Assembly: GCA_938039795.1 (NCBI GenBank)
Contig: CALHWU010000164.1
Coordinates: forward strand, 1-54,208
Source: an uncultured Muribaculaceae bacterium
GTDB taxonomy: Bacteria > Bacteroidota > Bacteroidia > Bacteroidales > Muribaculaceae
DNA length: 54,208 nucleotides
Direction: 5' to 3'
Positions within the stretch are counted from its first letter, which is position 1, and each line of letters opens with the position of its first letter. The notes under the pieces were generated by a model. It was not told the DNA's origin, searched no databases, and saw only the letters and a list, made by a program, of their open reading frames with translations. This document shows positions 8,985 to 18,393 of the stretch, piece after piece. The position numbers and the translations under genes were made by a program.

Positions 8985-10292
8985 TCAGGCGGTGATCGTC
9001 TCGGCGGCCTCGTTGGCTGCGCCGACGGCTTCTTCCTGATCCTTGTCGTCATATTTCGGACGCAGCACTGTGAGCTGCAGAGCCAGAGCGATCAGCAGTA
9101 TGCCGCCCATCAGAGCGAAGCACATACCCAATCCCACCGACTCGGCGAGCGAGCCGAGGAGCTGCGTGGTGATGGCGCCCATGATCACTCCCACGGAGTT
9201 CATCAGGCCATAGGCCATGGCGCGCTGGCGCGAGCTTACAAACTGGCAGAGGATAGGCATGTTGTTGGCGTCGAACATGCCGTAGCCGATACCGAAGAAG
9301 AGGCCGGCGAGCACCGACAGCCATGCGTTGTGGGCCAGACCGATGAACACCAGTGCCGGTATCATCATGGCCATGCCTATCGCGGAGGTGAATATGCGGC
9401 CGCGCACGTTGGTGCGCACCCAGCGGTCGCTGATCGGGCCGCCGATCATCACTCCGATAAACGACGAGACGGCTATCGTGAGCGTGGCCATCGGGCCGGC
9501 CCAGTCCATGCTGAGATCAAGATTGTCGTGGAAGAGGGTCGGGAGCCAGTTCTTGGTAGCCCATCCGGGGATGGAGCTTGATGCGAAGAAGAAGAGTATC
9601 ACCCAGAAAGCCATGGTGGAGAACACCACTCCGAACGACTGGAGCATCGACTCCTTGCCGGCCTTCTTGCCCTGGGCTGATGCCGAAGGCACAGGCTTGG
9701 CGGCCATGCCGTGGCCCGACTTTTCATGGAGGAGGAATATGAGCACGAGAGCGTAGGCCACGCCGATGATGCCGAACCAATGGAAGGTCTCCTGCCACGA
9801 CCATGTCGAAGCCACCATCGAGCCGAATCCGCCCAAGGCCTGACCGCAATACAGACCGGTCATGTGAAGGCCGATCGCCAGAGAGCGGCCGCGGCCGGTA
9901 AAATAGTCGGCTATGAGAGAGAGGGCCGAGGGGATATAAAGAGCCTCGCTTATGCCCATGATGCCGCGCAGCCACATCAGCGACTGGAAATCATGGCAGA
10001 GACCCATGGCGTAGGTGACGCCCGACCACACTCCGAGCGATCCGACGATAAGCCACTTGCGGCTCACACGGTCGGCGACGGCTCCGGAGAACGGGCTTGA
10101 GATACCGTAGACCCATAGGAAGATCGCCATCAGGGCGCCGAAAGCCTCGGCATTCTGCAGGGCATGAATGTCGTTGGCTATGTTCTGCTGCATAGTCGAG
10201 AGCATCTGACGGTCCATGTAGTTGAGGAGCGCCACTACCCACAGGAGCCCGACCACGAGCCATGGATAGAATTTCTTTTGCTGTATTGCCAT
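8985..10292 (-). CDS. nanT: MFS sialic acid transporter
   Basis: LLNYMDRQ, GAVADRVSRK MFS motif A, about 12 hydrophobic segments; first gene of the nan operon. Confidence 0.85.
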   Translation of the reverse strand: MAIQQKKFYPWLVVGLLWVVALLNYMDRQMLSTMQQNIANDIHALQNAEAFGALMAIFLWVYGISSPFSGAVADRVSRKWLIVGSLGVWSGVTYAMGLCHDFQSLMWLRGIMGISEALYIPSALSLIADYFTGRGRSLAIGLHMTGLYCGQALGGFGSMVASTWSWQETFHWFGIIGVAYALVLIFLLHEKSGHGMAAKPVPSASAQGKKAGKESMLQSFGVVFSTMAFWVILFFFASSSIPGWATKNWLPTLFHDNLDLSMDWAGPMATLTIAVSSFIGVMIGGPISDRWVRTNVRGRIFTSAIGMAMMIPALVFIGLAHNAWLSVLAGLFFGIGYGMFDANNMPILCQFVSSRQRAMAYGLMNSVGVIMGAITTQLLGSLAESVGLGMCFALMGGILLIALALQLTVLRPKYDDKDQEEAVGAANEAAETITA

Positions 10293-10338
10293 ATTTGCGG
10301 ATTTAAGGGTAATAAGTTATATGCTGCTTATTTTTCTG

Positions 10339-10346
10339 CAAATTTA
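10339..10346 (-). promoter_or_regulatory. Bacteroidetes primary-sigma -7 element for the nan operon
   Basis: TAAATTTG on the minus strand matches TAnnTTTG, about 47 nt upstream of nanT. Confidence 0.65.
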
Positions 10347-10485
10347 CGTTTTTTTTCGAATTATGTATGCAACGCCGCTCTTTTTTTGGGAAAATATGCG
10401 ATAAAACATGCCGACCGTCGGCTAAAGCGGCTTCAAGGATCGCAGCCGAGTCGAAAAAAAGGTTGCGGATTGCCGGGAAAAATTG

Positions 10486-10493
10486 TAAGTTTG
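10486..10493 (+). promoter_or_regulatory. Primary-sigma -7 element for the ADH gene
   Basis: TAAGTTTG 32 nt upstream of ATG 10526. Confidence 0.65.
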
Positions 10494-10525
10494 CGGTGTA
10501 GAACAAACGTCACAACCCTATAAGA

Positions 10526-11691
10526 ATGGACAACTTCAGATATTGCACTCCGACGCGCTACATATTCGGGCGCGATGCGGAGCTTGAGGTCGGCAGGCAG
10601 CTTCTGGCCAACGGCATGGAAAGCGTATTGATGGTCTACGGCGGAGGATCGGCCGAACGCTCCGGACTCCTCCCACGGATCAGGGAGCGGCTCCGCGAGG
10701 CATACGGTTCGAGGATCTCGGCGGCATAAAGCCCAATCCCGACGACGGCCCGGTGCGACGGGGCATAGAGATAGTGCGCGACGGGGGCCTCCACGGGCTG
10801 CTCGCCGTAGGAGGCGGCTCTGTCATCGACACGGCCAAGGCCATAGCCCTCGGAGTGCCTTACGAGGGCGATTTCTGGGACTTTTTTGCCGGGAAAGCCG
10901 TTCCCGAAAGAGCGCTCCCGGTCGGCTCCGTGCTCACCATACCTGCTGCCGGATCGGAAGGGTCGGGCAACTGCGTGATCACCCTCAGCGAGGGGCTCCA
11001 CAAGATCAGCCTGCGCACCGACGAGGTGCTCCGGCCCAGATTCGCACTGCTCGATCCGGAGCTGACCACCACTCTCCCGCCCTGCCAGACAGCCGCCGGC
11101 ATAGCCGACATGATGGCCCACATCATGGAGCGATATTTCACGCCGACGCCCGACTGCGAGGTGACCGACCGCCTTGCCGAGGGGCTGCTTCAGGCCATAA
11201 TAGAGGAAGCGCCCAAAGTGATGGAGAACCCCGCCGACTATCAGTCACGCGCCAACATAATGTGGGCCGGCACGCTCGCCCACAACGGCATATGCGGCAC
11301 CGGACGCCGCGAGGACTGGACAAGCCACGCGATGGAGCACGAGATTTCGGCCGTCTACGGCGTCACCCACGGAGCCGGCCTCGCCGTGGTGTTCCCGGCG
11401 TGGATGACCTTCATGGCCCACCGATCGCCCGGAAAGATAGCCCAGTTCGGGCGCCGAGTGTTGGGCGTCAGCGATCCCGACGACAGGAGCGCCGCTCTCG
11501 AAGGAATAGCCCGGCTCAAGGATTTCTACCGTTCCCTCGGGCTGCCGGTCACATTTGCAGAACTGGGCGTAGAGAGCCCCGACATCGACCTGCTTGTGGC
11601 CAAGCTCCATGAGAACAAGGGCACGGAGATCGGCGGCTACATGCGCCTGCGCGCCGCCGACACCCGCGAGATCTACACCCTGGCTCTCTGA
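10526..11691 (+). pseudogene. Iron-containing alcohol dehydrogenase (YqhD/BdhA butanol dehydrogenase-like), frameshifted near 10699
   Basis: N-terminal MDNFRYCTPTRYIFG..YGGGS ends at TAA 10727-10729; the -1 frame continues GIRFEDLGGIKPNP..GGGSVIDTAK..HAMEHEISA..HGAGLA to 11691. Confidence 0.85.
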
Positions 11692-11700
11692 CGGCGGCCG

Positions 11701-12315
11701 TCACACGCCGAAAGGAGTGCGCTGCAGCAGCGACCGGCCGAGCGTCAGCTCATCGGTATATTCTATGTCGTTGCCCACGGCCATGCCGCGGGCAAGCTGC
11801 GTCACCTTCAGACCGGCGACACCTTCGAGCCGGCGGTAGATATAAAAATCTGTGGTATCGCCCTCCATAGTCGCCGGGAGGGCGAGGATCACCTCATTGA
11901 TACCCCCGGCCCTGACTCTGCCCACGAGCGAATCTATCTCAAGCATGTCGGGGCCGATGCCGTCGACCGGCGATATGACTCCCCCGAGCACGTGGTACAT
12001 ACCATTGTACTGGCCCGTGCGCTCCACCGACATGACATCGCGCACATTTTCTACCACGCACACCGTCGAGCGGTCGCGCGAGGGCGACGCGCATATCGGG
12101 CACACGTCGGCGTCGGATATGTTGTGGCACACCGAGCAGTAGCGGATATCGCGGCGCAGATCTATTATTGCCTGCCCCAGAGCCGTAGCCTCCGACGGAT
12201 CGCGCCGGAGCAGATGCAGAGCCAGACGCAGGGCCGTGCGCCGTCCGATGCCCGGTAGCCGCGACAGCTGTGTTACCGCCGCCTCAAGCAGCGGCGAGGG
12301 ATATTCCTGTTCCAT
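11701..12315 (-). CDS. recR: Recombination mediator RecR
   Basis: [27 protein letters not shown] zinc finger, YHVLGG, TMEGDTT; start at ATG 12315 downstream of TAACTTTG (12349-12356). Confidence 0.96.
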   Translation of the reverse strand: MEQEYPSPLLEAAVTQLSRLPGIGRRTALRLALHLLRRDPSEATALGQAIIDLRRDIRYCSVCHNISDADVCPICASPSRDRSTVCVVENVRDVMSVERTGQYNGMYHVLGGVISPVDGIGPDMLEIDSLVGRVRAGGINEVILALPATMEGDTTDFYIYRRLEGVAGLKVTQLARGMAVGNDIEYTDELTLGRSLLQRTPFGV

Positions 12316-12393
12316 TCCTATCTTTTGTCCATGCTTATTTACAGGCTGCAAAGTTAGCGATTTATTCCGACAGCATATGACACCACGAGGGGC

Positions 12394-12417
12394 GGACACG
12401 CCATGTCGCGTCCCTAC
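12394..12417 (-). repeat. GTAG-family REP-like palindrome
   Basis: Minus strand GTAG-GGACGCGACATGGCGTGTCC: GTAG tetranucleotide followed by an imperfect hairpin. Confidence 0.5.
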
Positions 12418-12902
12418 AATTTATATGCATTTTTAATTCGCCCTGAATACATTTACGCCGAAATCAACACTTCGGCGCCCGAAGCGCCTTGTGTTACTTT
12501 TTGTATACATGTGTGTACCCCCGACACACCTCTACAATCTTGTTAAACTTTCAGACCAAAAGATTCGCATTATTCTCAAAAGTTTAATTTCAACAATGGT
12601 TTTTGAGTCCGATCTATCTATTTACAGGGATTTATAAAAAAATATTCCAATTATATACACCTATCGTATTCACCAACAAAAAAAACACACTATCATCGAC
12701 TTACGGTAGACATTCCATTACCTGTGATCGCCGGGGAGCCTGATGAAGGAGTTGGATTGCACAGGGTATGATTTTTTAGGGTTAATATCAATAAGATTAT
12801 ATAAGATTTTCGATGCGGATATAATCGCTGCGTAAAGATAGCGGTTGAAAACAGCAGATCGCGGGGGCGAGACTTGATTTTTGTAGTGTGGTGGGAATTT
12901 AG

Positions 12903-12910
12903 TAACTTTG
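12903..12910 (+). promoter_or_regulatory. Primary-sigma -7 element for the panC operon
   Basis: TAACTTTG 29 nt upstream of panC; TTTG at 12880-12883 gives a 19-nt spacer. Confidence 0.7.
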
Positions 12911-12939
12911 CGGCACCAAATTGAAAGCGAAACATCCAG

Positions 12940-13797
12940 ATGAAAATCATACGCACTGTGCGGGAGCTTAGGGAAGCCGTAGCCGACGCACGCAGCAACG
13001 ACAGGACTGTAGGGCTGGTGCCCACAATGGGTGCGCTCCATGCGGGCCATCTGTCGCTTGTAGGCCGCTCCGTCAGAGAGAACGGCTTCACTGTGGTCAG
13101 CGTGTTTGTCAACCCGACCCAGTTCAACAATCCCGACGACCTCCGCACCTATCCGCGCACGGAGGAGGCCGACTGCCGTCTGCTCGAAAGCGCGGGTGTC
13201 GACGTGGCCTTCATCCCCTCGGTCGAAGAAATGTATCCCGAGCCCGACAACAGGGTGTTTGATCTCGGGCCCGTGGCCGAAGTGATGGAGGGCGCCATGC
13301 GTCCGGGACACTTCAACGGCGTGGCGCAGGTCGTGAGCAAGCTGATGCGGATGGCCGAGCCCGACCGGGCTTACTTCGGCGAGAAGGATTTCCAGCAGAT
13401 AGCCGTCATACGCCGCATGGTGGAGATCGAGAAGATACCGGTAGAGATCGTCGACTGCCCGATATGCCGCGAGGCCGACGGTCTGGCCCTGTCGAGCCGC
13501 AACGTCAGGCTCACTCCCGAACAGCGGGCCATAGCTCCGGCGATCCACCGCACCTTAGCAGGGAGCCTCGAATATGCCGCCGACGGCCACTCGCTCTCCG
13601 ACACAATCAGATACGTCACCGACACCATCAACTCTTTCCCCGGCATGGAAGTGGAATACTACGAGATCGTCGATCCGCTGACCATGCAGCCTCTGAAGGA
13701 ATGGCCGAAGGGCAAGGAATCGGTAGGATGCGTCACCGTGTGGTGTGGCGACGTCCGCCTCATCGACAACATCAAATACGCTGCGCCCCGGAGCTGA
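12940..13797 (+). CDS. panC: Pantoate--beta-alanine ligase
   Basis: [45 protein letters not shown]. Confidence 0.97.
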   Translation: MKIIRTVRELREAVADARSNDRTVGLVPTMGALHAGHLSLVGRSVRENGFTVVSVFVNPTQFNNPDDLRTYPRTEEADCRLLESAGVDVAFIPSVEEMYPEPDNRVFDLGPVAEVMEGAMRPGHFNGVAQVVSKLMRMAEPDRAYFGEKDFQQIAVIRRMVEIEKIPVEIVDCPICREADGLALSSRNVRLTPEQRAIAPAIHRTLAGSLEYAADGHSLSDTIRYVTDTINSFPGMEVEYYEIVDPLTMQPLKEWPKGKESVGCVTVWCGDVRLIDNIKYAAPRS

Positions 13798-13822
13798 GGC
13801 ACCGCACTATCACCATTTCAAG

Positions 13823-14182
13823 ATGACAATAGAAGTATTGAAATCCAAAATCCACCGCGTGAGGGTGACCGAAGCCAATCTCGACTACATCGGATCGATA
13901 ACCCTCGACCGGGAGCTTATGGACGCGGCCGGCATTATCGCGGGCGAGAGAGTGTATATAGTCGACAACAACAACGGCGAGCGCTTCGACACCTACGTGA
14001 TCGAGGGGGAGCCCGGATCGGGCACCGTATGCCTCAACGGAGCGGCCGCCCGCAAAGTGCACCGCGGCGACATCGTCATCATCATGAGCTATGCCGCCAT
14101 GACACCGGAGGAGGCCCGCACCTGGCGTCCGACAGTCATATTCCCCGACACCGACACCAACCGTCTCATCAATCAACGATAA
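13823..14182 (+). CDS. panD: Aspartate 1-decarboxylase
   Basis: [20 protein letters not shown] pyruvoyl cleavage site, [16 protein letters not shown]. Confidence 0.97.
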   Translation: MTIEVLKSKIHRVRVTEANLDYIGSITLDRELMDAAGIIAGERVYIVDNNNGERFDTYVIEGEPGSGTVCLNGAAARKVHRGDIVIIMSYAAMTPEEARTWRPTVIFPDTDTNRLINQR

Positions 14183-14206
14183 TCACAACACATCCCATAT
14201 ACCCGC

Positions 14207-15535
14207 ATGTTTGAGAATCTAAGCGAACGACTCGAGCGAAGCTTCAAGCTCCTGAAAGGTCAAGGCAAAATCACAGAAATAAATGTAGCGGAGACGCTCA
14301 AGGACGTACGCAGGGCTCTGCTCGACGCCGACGTAAACTATAAGGTCGCCAAGCAGTTCACCGATACGGTCAAGGCCAAGGCGCTCGGACGCGACGTGCT
14401 CAATGCCGTCAAGCCCGGCGAAATGATGGTCAAGATCGTCCACGACGAGCTCACGGAGCTCATGGGCGGCGAGACGGCTCAGCTCAACGTGCAGGGACAG
14501 CCGGCCGTCATACTCATGTCGGGCCTGCAGGGTTCGGGTAAGACCACATTCTCGGGCAAGCTCGCAAAGAAGCTCAAGAGCGAGAAGGCCAAAAGGCCGC
14601 TCCTCGTAGCCTGCGACGTATACCGCCCCGCCGCCATCGACCAGCTCAAGGTTCTCGGCGAGCAGATAGAGGTGCCGGTCTACACCGAGGAGGGCAACCG
14701 CAATCCGGTGGAGATAGCCACGAATGCCATAAAATACGCCCGTCAGAACCATTTCGACCTCGTGATCGTCGACACCGCCGGCCGTCTGGCCGTCGACGAG
14801 GAGATGATGGCCGAGATCGAGGCGATCAAGAATGCCGTCAAGCCGCAGGAGACCCTCTTCGTGGTCGACTCCATGACCGGTCAGGACGCCGTCAACACCG
14901 CAAAGGAGTTCAACGACCGCCTCGACTTCGACGGGGTGGTGCTCACGAAGCTCGACGGCGACACCCGAGGCGGCGCAGCCCTCTCGATACGCACCGTCGT
15001 CACCAAGCCGATCAAATTTGTCGGCACGGGCGAGAAGCTCGACGCTCTCGACTATTTCCATCCCGCACGTATGGCCGACCGCATACTCGGCATGGGCGAC
15101 ATCGTGTCGCTCGTCGAGAAAGCCCAGAAGGCCATCGACGAGAAAGAGGCCCGCGAGCTGCAGAAGAAGATCGCCAAGAACCAGTTCAACCTTGAGGACT
15201 TCATGTCGCAGCTCCAGCAGATCAAGAAGATGGGCAACATCAAGGATCTCGCCTCAATGATACCCGGCGTGGGGAAGATGCTCAAGGATATCGACATCGA
15301 CGACAACGCCTTCAAGGGCGTCGAAGCGATCATCAACTCGATGACACGCCAGGAGCGGCAGCATCCGGAGATCATCAACGGAAGCCGTCGACAGCGTATC
15401 GCCAAAGGTTCGGGATCGACCGTGCAGGATGTCAACCGCCTGCTGAAACAGTTTGACGACACCCGCAAGATGATGAAGGCCGCCACAAGCATGAAGAATC
15501 CCATGAAGATGATGCGCCAGATGCGCCGCCGCTGA
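14207..15535 (+). CDS. ffh: Signal recognition particle protein
   Basis: [24 protein letters not shown], Met-rich M domain. Confidence 0.98.
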   Translation: MFENLSERLERSFKLLKGQGKITEINVAETLKDVRRALLDADVNYKVAKQFTDTVKAKALGRDVLNAVKPGEMMVKIVHDELTELMGGETAQLNVQGQPAVILMSGLQGSGKTTFSGKLAKKLKSEKAKRPLLVACDVYRPAAIDQLKVLGEQIEVPVYTEEGNRNPVEIATNAIKYARQNHFDLVIVDTAGRLAVDEEMMAEIEAIKNAVKPQETLFVVDSMTGQDAVNTAKEFNDRLDFDGVVLTKLDGDTRGGAALSIRTVVTKPIKFVGTGEKLDALDYFHPARMADRILGMGDIVSLVEKAQKAIDEKEARELQKKIAKNQFNLEDFMSQLQQIKKMGNIKDLASMIPGVGKMLKDIDIDDNAFKGVEAIINSMTRQERQHPEIINGSRRQRIAKGSGSTVQDVNRLLKQFDDTRKMMKAATSMKNPMKMMRQMRRR

Positions 15536-15592
15536 CCATCCGGCCTCCGACTGAAATATCACAACTCCATATCATACCCCTACTGACATACG

Positions 15593-16474
15593 ATGAGACT
15601 TATCGACGGAAAGGCTACTGCCGAAGAGATCAAGGCCGAGATAGCGGCCACTGTTGAACAGATGGTGGCCGAGGGCCGCAAACGCCCCCACCTGGCAGCC
15701 ATACTCGTGGGCCACGACGGAGGCTCCGAAACCTACGTTGCCAACAAGGTCAAGGCATGCGAGCGGTGCGGATTCAAGTCCACACTCATCCGCTTCGAGG
15801 ACACCGTAGAGGAAGCGGAGCTCCTGCAGACCATCGAAAAGCTCAACGCCGACGCCGACGTCGACGGATTCATCGTACAGCTCCCGCTGCCACGCCACAT
15901 TTCGGAGCAGCGGGTCATCCAGGCCATCGACTACCGCAAGGATGTCGACGGCTTCCATCCCGTCAACGTAGGCCGCATGTCGATAGGCCTTCCCTGCTTC
16001 CTGCCCGCCACTCCGGCCGGCATAGTGGAGCTGCTCGACCGCCACGGCATACCGACCAAAGGGGCCGAATGCGTGGTGCTCGGCCGCAGCAACATCGTAG
16101 GCAAGCCGGTGGCTCAGCTGCTCCTGCAGAAGCACAATCCGGGCGACTGCACTGTGACCGTATGCCACTCGGCCACGCGCGACCTCAAGGAGCACACACG
16201 CCGCGCCGACATCATCATAGCGGCGCTCGGACAGCCCGGCTTCGTCACAGCCGACATGGTCAAGCCCGGCGTAGCGATAATCGACGTAGGCACCACCCGC
16301 GTGCCCGACTCATCGCGCAAGAGCGGATTCCGCCTCAGCGGCGACGTCGACTTCGAGCATGTGGCCCCGCTCTGCTCGTGGATCACTCCGGTGCCGGGCG
16401 GCGTCGGCCCTATGACCATCTGCTCCCTGATGAAAAACACCCTCCTCGCCGCCCGACACGAGATATACCAGTAA
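15593..16474 (+). CDS. folD: Methylenetetrahydrofolate dehydrogenase/cyclohydrolase
   Basis: [28 protein letters not shown]. Confidence 0.97.
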   Translation: MRLIDGKATAEEIKAEIAATVEQMVAEGRKRPHLAAILVGHDGGSETYVANKVKACERCGFKSTLIRFEDTVEEAELLQTIEKLNADADVDGFIVQLPLPRHISEQRVIQAIDYRKDVDGFHPVNVGRMSIGLPCFLPATPAGIVELLDRHGIPTKGAECVVLGRSNIVGKPVAQLLLQKHNPGDCTVTVCHSATRDLKEHTRRADIIIAALGQPGFVTADMVKPGVAIIDVGTTRVPDSSRKSGFRLSGDVDFEHVAPLCSWITPVPGGVGPMTICSLMKNTLLAARHEIYQ

Positions 16475-16486
16475 AGCGCTACCGGG

Positions 16487-17536
16487 ATGCTTGGGCTTTT
16501 CATCTCGCTCGCATGGCTTCTTTTCGCCCCTGAAGAGGCGGAGCTGCTTTTTGTGGGCGATGCGATGATGCACCAGAGCCAGATCGACGCTGCCCGCAAA
16601 CCCGACGGAACGTATGACTACGACACCTGTTTCGACTCCGTGCGACCGTGGATAAGCGACGCCGACTATGCCGTGGTCAATCTCGAAACCCCACTCGGAG
16701 GCGCGCCGTATTCGGGCTACCCGATGTTCTGCGCCCCCGATTCCTACGCCAAAGCCCTGCGCGACGCCGGATTTGATCTCGCGCTGACAGCCAATAACCA
16801 CTGTCTTGACCGACGCGACCGCGGAGTCAGGCGCACGATCGCCGTGCTCGACTCGCTCGGCATGCCTCATATCGGCACCTATGCCGACCCCTCGAAACGC
16901 GACTCCCTCGCACTGCACATCGCCGACATCAACGGCTTCCGCATAGGATTTCTCAATTATACCTACGGCACCAACGGCATAAAGCACGGTCAGGAAGTGG
17001 CCGTCGACCCGATCGACATTGACCTCATCCGCTCCGACATCGGCCGCGCCCACAGCAAAGGGGCCGAAATGGTCGCTGTCTGCCTCCACTGGGGGGTTGA
17101 ATACCGGCTGCTCCCCGAAAAGTCGCAGCGCATGACCGCCCGCCTGATTCACGATGCCGGAGCCGACATGGTCATCGGATCCCATCCCCACGTCATACAG
17201 CCGGCCGAGATTGACACCGATTCAGCCGGTCGACGGCACCTGACAGTATATTCGCTCGGCAACTTCATCTCGGGCATGCGCACCACCGACACCCGGGGAG
17301 GGGGCGCCATCACAGTCAGGCTGCGGCGCGACTCGCTCGGGCATCCCTACATAGCGGAGGCGCAGAGCCATCTCCTGTTCACAATCAGCCCCGCACACCG
17401 GGGCGAGACATTCCGGGTGGTAAGAGCTGACAGCATCATCCGAAGCGACGCCACTGCCGAAACCCGGCGGAAGGCGTTTGTCGACAGGGCGGCCTCCCTG
17501 CTCCGGCGCCACAATATAAACGTGAAGGCACCATGA
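16487..17536 (+). CDS. CapA family (PGA_cap) metallophosphoesterase-like protein
   Basis: FVGDAMMH, VNLETP, ANNHCLD, LHWGVEY, IGSHPHV, YSLGNF. Confidence 0.88.
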   Translation: MLGLFISLAWLLFAPEEAELLFVGDAMMHQSQIDAARKPDGTYDYDTCFDSVRPWISDADYAVVNLETPLGGAPYSGYPMFCAPDSYAKALRDAGFDLALTANNHCLDRRDRGVRRTIAVLDSLGMPHIGTYADPSKRDSLALHIADINGFRIGFLNYTYGTNGIKHGQEVAVDPIDIDLIRSDIGRAHSKGAEMVAVCLHWGVEYRLLPEKSQRMTARLIHDAGADMVIGSHPHVIQPAEIDTDSAGRRHLTVYSLGNFISGMRTTDTRGGGAITVRLRRDSLGHPYIAEAQSHLLFTISPAHRGETFRVVRADSIIRSDATAETRRKAFVDRAASLLRRHNINVKAP

Positions 17537-18351
17537 ACCGGCAGTCCGCACTTAAAATCGACCTGGAAAGCGTGCTCCGGGCACGTCTTGGCAAGCGCAT
17601 GCGGTGGATGCCCCGTCCGCTCGTGGCGTGGCTCGAACGGCTCATCTGCCAGAGTGAAATGAACGATATCCTCGACCGTATTGGCCATCTGCGCGGAGCC
17701 GAATTCTGCCGCGCGGCCCTCGAATGTCTCGATGTGGCCTACAGCGTATCGGGATCCGAACGGCTTCCGTCCGCCAGCCGCATAGTGATCGCATCCAACC
17801 ATCCGCTCGGAGGACTCGACGGCATAACGCTCATAGCATGGACCGCCGGGCAATTTGGCTGTGAGCCCCTCGTGCTCGTCAACGACCTTCTGATGGCAAT
17901 CACGCCGCTCTCGGGCGTATTCCTGCCGGTCAACAAGCACGGAGCCCAGTCGCGCGAGGCATCGCTTGCAGTCGACCGCGCGTTTGAATCCGACCGCCCC
18001 GTCATAGTGTTTCCCGCCGGACTCTGCTCGCGCAGGCTCTCCGACGGCACAGTCGCCGATCTGCGCTGGCGCCCCACTTTCGTAAGCCGCGCGCTGCGCA
18101 GCGGCCGCCCTATCGTGCCTGTCAGATTCTCGGGATGCAATTCACCTTCGTTCTACCGATTCGCGCGGATGCGTGAGCGGTCGGGGCTGCGGCTCAACAT
18201 CGAGATGGCCCTGCTGCCGCGCGAGGTGTTCCGCCACCGTGGCGCCCACTTTGAGCTGCACATCGGCGAGCCGGTGATGCCGCCGACGCTCGCCCTCCAC
18301 CGGCCGCAGGAGATGGCCGACAGCATCCGCGCCGCAGTCTACAGCCTCTGA
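17533..18351 (+). CDS. PlsC-family O-acyltransferase, GlsA-like (glycine-lipid second acylation)
   Basis: SNHPLGGLDG (HxxxxD), VNDLLM, FPAGLCSRR; layout matches the Bacteroides acyltransferase that normally sits next to glsB. Confidence 0.75.
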   Translation: MNRQSALKIDLESVLRARLGKRMRWMPRPLVAWLERLICQSEMNDILDRIGHLRGAEFCRAALECLDVAYSVSGSERLPSASRIVIASNHPLGGLDGITLIAWTAGQFGCEPLVLVNDLLMAITPLSGVFLPVNKHGAQSREASLAVDRAFESDRPVIVFPAGLCSRRLSDGTVADLRWRPTFVSRALRSGRPIVPVRFSGCNSPSFYRFARMRERSGLRLNIEMALLPREVFRHRGAHFELHIGEPVMPPTLALHRPQEMADSIRAAVYSL

Positions 18352-18393
18352 AATATCCACACGACAATCATCACCTATAATCATCCAACCGCC

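Larger units (their letters stand above)
12316..12939. other. Long AT-rich intergenic region between divergent recR and panC; oriC candidate
   Basis: 624 bp without a credible CDS, much lower GC than flanks, several near-consensus DnaA-box-like 9-mers and a DUE-like 13-mer. Confidence 0.35.

Noticed and set aside
10690..10735. Programmed -1 frameshift in the ADH gene
   Set aside because: No slippery heptamer or homopolymer at the shift point; a simple deletion explains it
12693..13548. Minus-strand ORFs entering the AT-rich intergenic region
   Set aside because: Mostly antisense to panC, with no motif support
16487..17536. CapA-like gene as evidence of a poly-gamma-glutamate capsule
   Set aside because: No capB or capC nearby; stand-alone CapA-domain proteins are common
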